DNA of 11,667 nucleotides from a virus (Duplodnaviria; Heunggongvirae; Uroviricota; Caudoviricetes): IMG/VR virus record IMGVR_UViG_2526164618_000009; one strand, 5' to 3'. Shown piece by piece: positions 6,759 to 11,667 of this stretch (position 1 is its first letter; each line of letters starts with the position of its first letter). The notes under the pieces were generated by a model. It saw only the letters and a program-made list of their open reading frames with translations, ran no database searches and was not told where the DNA came from. The position numbers and the translations under genes were made by a program.

Positions 6759-7621
6759 GCTTAGTCAGCCGTTGTCTCCGGGTGTCGCGTGCGCAGTTGC
6801 ACGTCATTCTCAGACGAACCGATGACTGGATGGATGGCCGCCGCAGTCGTCACACTGATTATACGGATGTGCTTCTCCGTATACACCATGTTATCGGAGA
6901 GCTGCCCACGTATGGTTATCGTCGGGTATGGGCGCTGCTTCGCAGACAGGCAGAACTTGATGGTATGCCTGCGATCAATGCCAAACGTGTTTACCGGCTC
7001 ATGCGCCAGAATGCGCTGTTGCTTGAGCGAAAACCTGCTGTACCGCCATCGAAACGGGCACATACAGGCAGAGTGGCCGTGAAAGAAAGCAATCAGCGAT
7101 GGTGCTCTGACGGGTTCGAGTTCTGCTGTGATAACGGAGAGAGACTGCGTGTCACGTTCGCGCTGGACTGCTGTGATCGTGAGGCACTGCACTGGGCGGT
7201 GACTACCGGCGGCTTCAACAGTGAAACAGTACAGGACGTCATGCTGGGAGCGGTGGAACGCCGCTTCGGCAACGATCTTCCGTCGTCTCCAGTGGAGTGG
7301 CTGACGGATAATGGTTCATGCTACCGGGCTAATGAAACACGCCAGTTCGCCCGGATGTTGGGACTTGAACCGAAGAACACGGCGGTGCGTAGTCCGGAGA
7401 GTAACGGAATAGCAGAGAGCTTCGTGAAAACGATAAAGCGTGACTACATCAGTATCATGCCCAAACCAGACGGGTTAACGGCAGCAAAGAACCTTGCAGA
7501 GGCGTTCGAGCATTATAACGAATGGCATCCGCATAGTGCGCTGGGTTATCGCTCGCCACGGGAATATCTGCGGCAGCGGGCTTGTAATGGGTTAAGTGAT
7601 AACAGATGTCTGGAAATATAG
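6716..7621 (+). CDS. insD: IS2 InsD (OrfB, DDE transposase catalytic part; normally fused to OrfA by -1 frameshift)
   Basis: 301-aa ORF overlapping the insC 3' end in the -1 frame, ending 11 bp before the IS2 right end. Confidence 0.85.
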
Positions 7622-7632
7622 GGGCAAATCCA

Positions 7633-7637
7633 GCTGC
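7633..7637. repeat. Right copy of the 5-bp target site duplication (GCTGC) of IS2
   Basis: Identical to 6297-6301. Confidence 0.85.
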
Positions 7638-7697
7638 TAAGTATTAAATAACTTTCCTGAGATTTCCTTTGTAAGACTGTTTATTAAGGAGGCTTCC

Positions 7698-7919
7698 ATG
7701 ATTGCTCATCACTTCGGAACTGATGAAATACCACGTCAGTGTGTGACTCCTGGCGATTATATTCTTCATGAAGGTCGGACATATATCGCCTCGGCAAACA
7801 ATATTAAAAAGCGAAAACTTTATATTCGTAGCCTGACTACAAAAACATGCATTTCTGACTGCATGATTAAAGTCTTCCTCGGTCGTGATGGTTTACCTGT
7901 AAAGGCGGAGTCATGGTAA
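7698..7919 (+). CDS. Hypothetical 73-aa protein (first gene of the uncharacterised module)
   Basis: Strong Shine-Dalgarno AAGGAGG (7686-7692) 5 nt before the ATG; AT-rich. Stop TAA overlaps the next ATG (taATGa). No family recognised by eye. Confidence 0.6.
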   Translation: MIAHHFGTDEIPRQCVTPGDYILHEGRTYIASANNIKKRKLYIRSLTTKTCISDCMIKVFLGRDGLPVKAESW

Positions 7920-8089
7920 TGACTAAGAAAATAAAATGTGCTTATCACCTTTGCAATAAAGAAATTGAAGAAAGCAAAATCATTACAAGACCACTTCATT
8001 TCATGCGTGGAGTTATACCAACGACGGAAATGAAAAAATATTGTAGTGAAATCTGTGCCGAAAAAGACCAGATGGCACACGAACTTTAA
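7919..8089 (+). CDS. Hypothetical 56-aa Cys-rich protein (CxxxxC ... CxxxC, zinc-ribbon-like); not in the ORF track
   Basis: Hand translation from ATG 7919: [59 protein letters not shown] at 8087-8089. Start overlaps the upstream stop (translational coupling). Two Cys pairs about 30 residues apart. Confidence 0.5.
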   Translation: MTKKIKCAYHLCNKEIEESKIITRPLHFMRGVIPTTEMKKYCSEICAEKDQMAHEL

Positions 8090-8163
8090 TTAACTGACTA
8101 TCCGAAACTGAATTTATGCCAGCAATGGCAGGGATTCGCTCAACCTTAATTAAGGAGAAAAAC

Positions 8164-8439
8164 ATGATTACCAGTTATGAAGCCACTGTTGTAACTACTG
8201 ATGACATTGTTCACGAGGTTAATCTGGAAGGAAAGCGTATTGGCTACGTGATTAAGACAGAAAATAAAGAAACCCCATTCACTGTGGTTGATATCGACGG
8301 TCCATCAGGCAACGTTAAAACACTTAACGATGGTGTAAAAAAAATGTGTCTGGTGCACATAGGAAAGAATCTGCCCGCAGAAAAAAAAGCCGAATTTCTG
8401 GCAACTCTGATTGCAATGAAATTAAAAGGTGAAATCTGA
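8164..8439 (+). CDS. Hypothetical 91-aa protein (track ORF 8116-8439 gives 107 aa from an upstream ATG with no RBS)
   Basis: AAGGAG (8152-8157) sits 6 nt before ATG 8164, giving MITSYEATVVTTDDIVHEVNLEGKRIGYVIKTENKETPFTVVDIDG...KLKGEI. No family recognised by eye. Confidence 0.6.
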   Translation: MITSYEATVVTTDDIVHEVNLEGKRIGYVIKTENKETPFTVVDIDGPSGNVKTLNDGVKKMCLVHIGKNLPAEKKAEFLATLIAMKLKGEI

Positions 8440-8449
8440 AAAAAAGAAA

Positions 8450-8468
8450 GCCTGCACACTGTGCAGGC
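8450..8468. terminator. Hairpin between the third and fourth genes; terminator-like only for minus-strand transcription
   Basis: 8-bp stem GCCTGCAC / GTGCAGGC with a 3-nt loop, preceded on the plus strand by AAAAAAAGAAA (a T-tract downstream on the minus strand) and with no T-tract after it on the plus strand. Confidence 0.3.
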
Positions 8469-8538
8469 CTGAATGAAGAACCTGGGACATTTATTCATCA
8501 CTCGCAGTAATTTTAATCTGAGTTGAGGTTAAAAAACA

Positions 8539-9963
8539 ATGAACACCGATAAACAAGTTTACCCACTGTATTACGAAGCAAAAAATGACAAAGTAAGAAA
8601 ACGTCTCGGTATTAAAGGCGGTTTTTACTGGGCTGAAGCGAAAAAATTATCCATTGCCATCTCCCGTGGTGCTGTTGCGATTGACGATGCAGGCTACGAT
8701 GAAGATGACTTTAAAAAACCTGTTCGCGTCAATTTGCCCGTTGTTGATGACCTCCCGCCAGAAGGCGTATTTGATACGGAATTCTGCAACCGTTACGAAA
8801 AAGGCGGGGAAGATGGCATCACAATGGTATTTATCGCATCTTCTCCCTCTGTTCAGGACAAACCGGCCAGCACTGACAATACCAACGTCAACGGCGAAGA
8901 CATGACAGAAATTGAGGAGAACATGCTCCTGCCAGTTTCCGGTCAGGAACTGCCCATTCGCTGGCTTGCGCAACACGGCAGCGAAAAACCAGTAACGCAC
9001 GTTTCACGCGACGAACTCCAGGCATTACACATTGCTCGGGATGAAGAACTACCAGCTGTTACTGCCCTGGCTGTTTCCCACAAAACCAGCCTGCTCGATC
9101 CGCTGGAAATTCGCGATCTCCACAAACTGGTGCGTGATACTGACAGAGTTTTCCCTAATCCAGGCAATTCAAGCCTGGGGCTGATGACTGCTTTTTTCGA
9201 AGCATACATGGACGCAGACTACACCGATCGCGGTCTGCTGACAAAAGAGTGGATGAAAGGAAATCGTGTTTCACGCATCACGCGCACGGCTTCCGGCGCT
9301 AATGCTGGCGGCGGGAACCTCACCGATCGCGGCGAAGGTTTCGTTCACGATCTGACGTCACTGGCGCGCGACGTAGCCACTGGCGTACTGGCTCGTTCAA
9401 TGGACGTGGACATTTATAACCTTCATCCGGCACACGCTAAACGTGTCGAGGAAATTATCGCTGAAAATAAACCGCCCTTTTCTGTTTTCCGCGACAAATT
9501 CATCACCATGCCTGGCGGGATGGATTATTCCCGCGCCATCGTGGTTGCGTCAGTGAAAGAAGCACCGATTGGTATCGAGGTCATCCCCGCTCACGTCACT
9601 GAATATCTGAACAAGGTACTGACTGAAACCGATCATGCCAACCCTGATCCGGAAATCGTGGATATTGCCTGCGGTCGCTCCTCTGCCCCGATGCCGCAAC
9701 GTGTAACAGAAGAAGGAAAACAGGATGATGAAGAAAAAACGCAGCCATCTGGCGCAATGGCAGATGAACAGGCAACGGCTGAAACAATGGAACCGGATGC
9801 AACTGAACATCATCAGAACACGCAGCCGCTGGATGCTCAGTCACAGGTAAATTCTGTTGATGAGAAATATCAGGAACTACGGGCAGAACTCCATGAAGCC
9901 CGGAAAAACATTCCGCCCAAAAATCCTGTCGATGCAGACAAATTACTGGCTGCCTTGAGGTAG
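8539..9963 (+). CDS. Hypothetical 474-aa protein, C-terminus truncated by the IS600-like element (last two codons and stop come from the IS)
   Basis: Long ORF with a GAGG RBS about 10 nt upstream. It has a Gly-rich patch ([18 protein letters not shown]), an acidic low-complexity region ([35 protein letters not shown]) and a coiled-coil-like tail ([16 protein letters not shown]). The IS inverted repeat begins at 9956, inside the last codons. No family recognised by eye. Confidence 0.75.
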   Translation: MNTDKQVYPLYYEAKNDKVRKRLGIKGGFYWAEAKKLSIAISRGAVAIDDAGYDEDDFKKPVRVNLPVVDDLPPEGVFDTEFCNRYEKGGEDGITMVFIASSPSVQDKPASTDNTNVNGEDMTEIEENMLLPVSGQELPIRWLAQHGSEKPVTHVSRDELQALHIARDEELPAVTALAVSHKTSLLDPLEIRDLHKLVRDTDRVFPNPGNSSLGLMTAFFEAYMDADYTDRGLLTKEWMKGNRVSRITRTASGANAGGGNLTDRGEGFVHDLTSLARDVATGVLARSMDVDIYNLHPAHAKRVEEIIAENKPPFSVFRDKFITMPGGMDYSRAIVVASVKEAPIGIEVIPAHVTEYLNKVLTETDHANPDPEIVDIACGRSSAPMPQRVTEEGKQDDEEKTQPSGAMADEQATAETMEPDATEHHQNTQPLDAQSQVNSVDEKYQELRAELHEARKNIPPKNPVDADKLLAALR

Positions 9964-10010
9964 CCTGTGAGGTGTACTGGCAATAGCGGACACTACCATT
10001 TGTTCTTTTT

Positions 10011-10829
10011 TTAAGCAGCCATCTGATGATATTTTTCCCTGAAGGCTGCCGGGGAGATATTCCCCAGACGAGAGTGACGACGCTGACGATTGTAGAAAAT
10101 CTCAATGTATTCCCGTATTACTGAGATGGCTTCATCCCGGTTATTAAAACGATAGTGGCTCAGGCTCTCATTTTTCAGCGTTCCCCAGAAGCTTTCCATC
10201 GGAGCGTTGTCGTAACAGTTACCTTTACACGACATTGATGTTTTCAGACCAGACTGCTCCTGTATGACCCGGTAATCGTATGCGCAGTACTGTGAACCTC
10301 GATCAGAGTGGTGGATTAGCCCGGCAGGTGGGCGCTGGCTCCTGAGCGCCATAAACAGGGCTTTACCTGTCAGCTCTTTTGTCATGCGCTCTCCCATGGC
10401 GTAGCCGACAATTTCACACGTATAAACATCTTTGATGCCAGCGAGGTACAACCATCCCTCCTGTGTGGCAACATACGTCAGGTCCGCCACCCAGACCTGA
10501 TTTGGTGCTGTAGGAGCGAACGTCTGGTTCAGCAGATTTGGCGCAACTGGCAGATTGTGGTTCGGGTTCGTAGTCGCTCTGAACTTGCGTTTCTGCTTAC
10601 AGCGTAGCCTCAGCTCCTTACGAAGACGTGCAAGTCGGTCACGACCAACGATGATGCCATTCTCTGCCAGCTCCGTCTGGAGCCGCCGGGTTCCATATGT
10701 TTCGCGAGTGCGGATATGTGCCACCTTAATCTCCAGCTTTAGCCGCTCATCACTTTGTTTTCTGTCTGAGGGTTCATGCTGTACCCAGTTGTAATAACCG
10801 CTCCTGGATACACCAAATACCTGACACAT
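10011..10829 (-). CDS. IS3-family (IS600-like) OrfB, DDE transposase catalytic part
   Basis: 272-aa ORF MCQVFGVSRSGYYNWVQHEPSDRKQ...SDRGSQYCAYDYRVIQEQSGLKTSMSCKGNCYDNAPMESFWGTLKNE..., typical IS3-family integrase-like core, in the -1 frame relative to OrfA. Confidence 0.85.
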   Translation of the reverse strand: MCQVFGVSRSGYYNWVQHEPSDRKQSDERLKLEIKVAHIRTRETYGTRRLQTELAENGIIVGRDRLARLRKELRLRCKQKRKFRATTNPNHNLPVAPNLLNQTFAPTAPNQVWVADLTYVATQEGWLYLAGIKDVYTCEIVGYAMGERMTKELTGKALFMALRSQRPPAGLIHHSDRGSQYCAYDYRVIQEQSGLKTSMSCKGNCYDNAPMESFWGTLKNESLSHYRFNNRDEAISVIREYIEIFYNRQRRHSRLGNISPAAFREKYHQMAA

Positions 10830-10864
10830 CGCTTCAATGGGAAATTGTTGTCGCCATTGTTCGA

Positions 10865-11167
10865 TTAACGCGTATTTTTCAGCGACTCCTGTGCAAAATA
10901 CGCTGTTGCTTTTTTTAATATATCGCGCTCAAGGCGAGCTTCATTTAACGCCTTACGCAGTTGCAGAATTTCAGATTCCAGTTCAGCCACCGTGCGGGAA
11001 CCAGGAGTACCGAGCCCTTTTCTGGCGGCGGTAACCCATTGTCCTAAAGTGCCTTCAGGAAGAGATAATCGGGAAGCGCCTTCACTGATCGAAAGTTGAT
11101 TTTCAAGAACCGTTCTGACAGCTTCGGCTTTGAACTCTTTAGAGTAACGTCGGGTTTTTCTGCTCAT
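10865..11167 (-). CDS. IS3-family (IS600-like) OrfA, HTH/leucine-zipper part of the transposase
   Basis: 100-aa ORF MSRKTRRYSKEFKAEAVRTVLENQLSISEGASRLSLPEGTLGQWV...LERDILKKATAYFAQESLKNTR with the IS3-family OrfA HTH signature. Confidence 0.85.
   Translation of the reverse strand: MSRKTRRYSKEFKAEAVRTVLENQLSISEGASRLSLPEGTLGQWVTAARKGLGTPGSRTVAELESEILQLRKALNEARLERDILKKATAYFAQESLKNTR
10909..10915 (-). other. Candidate -1 programmed frameshift slippery run (A7 on the minus strand) for the OrfAB fusion
   Basis: The minus strand reads ATATTAAAAAAAGCA across the LKKA codons near the OrfA 3' end; the OrfB frame is -1 relative to OrfA. Whether the OrfB frame is open back to this site was not checked. 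Confidence 0.35.
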
Positions 11168-11230
11168 TATTAGCTCCTTCTGATGCCATTCTATTTCAGG
11201 AAGAGTGTCCGTTAAACTCAGGCTACCTCA

Positions 11231-11667
11231 CACCGGCTACAGGCCAGTTTGGGATGTATGGTTTCGATAACTTTAAAGGCGGTATTAATGATATCCAGTT
11301 GCTCTGAGATTGTTTCCCCCATTTCTTTCAGAACACCTCCACAGGCCGGGCAACTGGTTTCAGCAGGCAGAAGGCGATGTGTCTCCCGGGGAAGTTCTGC
11401 CGGCAGCGGTTTTCGTGAAGATTTTCGTCCCGGGAATTCAGGCTTACTGGCGATCGGGTTTTCTGACGGGGGACTGGTGTCAGGTGAATCTGTGACTGAC
11501 GATGCATCTTCCAGAAGATTTCTGGCTGTGTTCAGCCGGTTTTCCAGTTCCGACAGTCGTTTTTCTGCCTGTCGGATCTGATTTTCAAGCTTATGACGCT
11601 TTTTCTCTGAACTCTGGCCGAACAACATACGACGCAACCTGTCGAGTTGCGCTTTCAGTCCGTTCAA
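11231..11667 (-). pseudogene. IS66-family TnpC transposase, N-terminal fragment: 5' end beyond the window, 3' end cut by the IS600-like element
   Basis: Minus-strand translation ...LKAQLDRLRRMLFGQSSEKKRHKLENQIRQAEKRLSELENRL...KPLPAELPRETHRLLPAETSCPACGGVLKEMGETISEQLDIINTAFKVIETIHPKLACSR carries the IS66 TnpC hallmarks (leucine zipper, LFGxxSEK, CPACGG zinc motif). The track ORF 11218-11667 ends with three IS-derived codons. Confidence 0.75.

Larger units (their letters stand above)
6302..7632 (+). mobile_element. IS2 (IS3 family), complete 1331-bp copy with 5-bp target duplication
   Basis: Starts TAGACTGGCCCCCTGAATCTCCAGACAACC and ends ...CTGGAAATATAGGGGCAAATCCA, as I recall the IS2 ends. Contains insC and insD in canonical overlapping arrangement and is flanked by direct GCTGC repeats. 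Confidence 0.93.
9956..11230 (-). mobile_element. IS600-like IS3-family insertion sequence, minus orientation (boundaries +/- a few bp)
   Basis: 12-bp perfect terminal inverted repeats TGAGGTAGCCTG at 9956-9967 and, reverse-complemented, at 11219-11230. Contains a 100-aa OrfA and 272-aa OrfB in the IS3-family arrangement. The span is 1275 bp, slightly longer than the size I recall for IS600, so the exact ends are uncertain. Confidence 0.9.

Noticed and set aside
6458-7192. ORFs 6458-6685 (-), 6528-6728 (-), 6761-7192 (-) and 6789-7082 (+) inside IS2
   Set aside because: Antisense or alternative frames of insC/insD, which account fully for the element.
7820-9813. ORFs 7820-8080, 8244-8501, 8647-9000, 8943-9209, 9550-9813 (all -) and 8654-8905 (+) inside the four-gene module
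   Set aside because: All overlap the well-supported co-directional plus-strand genes (RBS, coupling) and have hydrophobic or low-complexity translations without start signals.
9596-10105. 169-aa minus-strand ORF spanning the IS600-like boundary
   Set aside because: Begins inside the IS (overlapping the OrfB 3' end) and runs out across the IS terminus at 9956 into antisense of the 474-aa gene; a chimeric artefact.
10555-11581. Plus-strand ORFs 10555-10794, 10837-11034, 11249-11581 and 11310-11495
   Set aside because: Antisense to IS600-like OrfA/OrfB and to the IS66-family tnpC fragment, all of which have clear family signatures on the minus strand.
1-11667. CRISPR arrays, rRNA genes, integrase or attachment sites
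   Set aside because: No regularly spaced short direct repeats with unique spacers, no rRNA-like conserved blocks and no tyrosine or serine recombinase ORF were found. The only regular repeats are the 60-bp LRR coding units and the IS terminal repeats.

Overview
This window is a mosaic, insertion-sequence-rich accessory region of the kind seen in Shigella / enteroinvasive E. coli. Left to right: (1) a partial IS1 variant (1-735, minus orientation); (2) an ipaH-family type III-secreted E3 ubiquitin ligase gene (1222-2937) with a perfect MxiE box upstream; (3) a GC-rich hairpin between ipaH and a convergent phage-derived ORF; (4) a 5'-eroded phage-like ORF abutting an IS-like HTH ORF (3117-4239, minus); (5) an AT-rich stretch holding a decayed coiled-coil/zinc-ribbon gene, direct repeats and an orphan terminator (4539-5272); (6) an Rha-family phage regulator gene that is frameshifted and split four codons before its stop by a complete 1331-bp IS2 (6302-7632, 5-bp target duplication GCTGC); (7) a compact co-directional module of four uncharacterised genes (7698-9963); (8) an IS600-like IS3-family element (about 9956-11230, minus) that truncates the last of those genes and also truncates an IS66-family tnpC fragment running to the window end. 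No rRNA, tRNA or CRISPR array was seen. The four-gene module downstream of the Rha-like gene is the best candidate for an undescribed system; the ipaH locus is the clearest known virulence feature. All calls come from reading the sequence and recalled family features; no database search was run.
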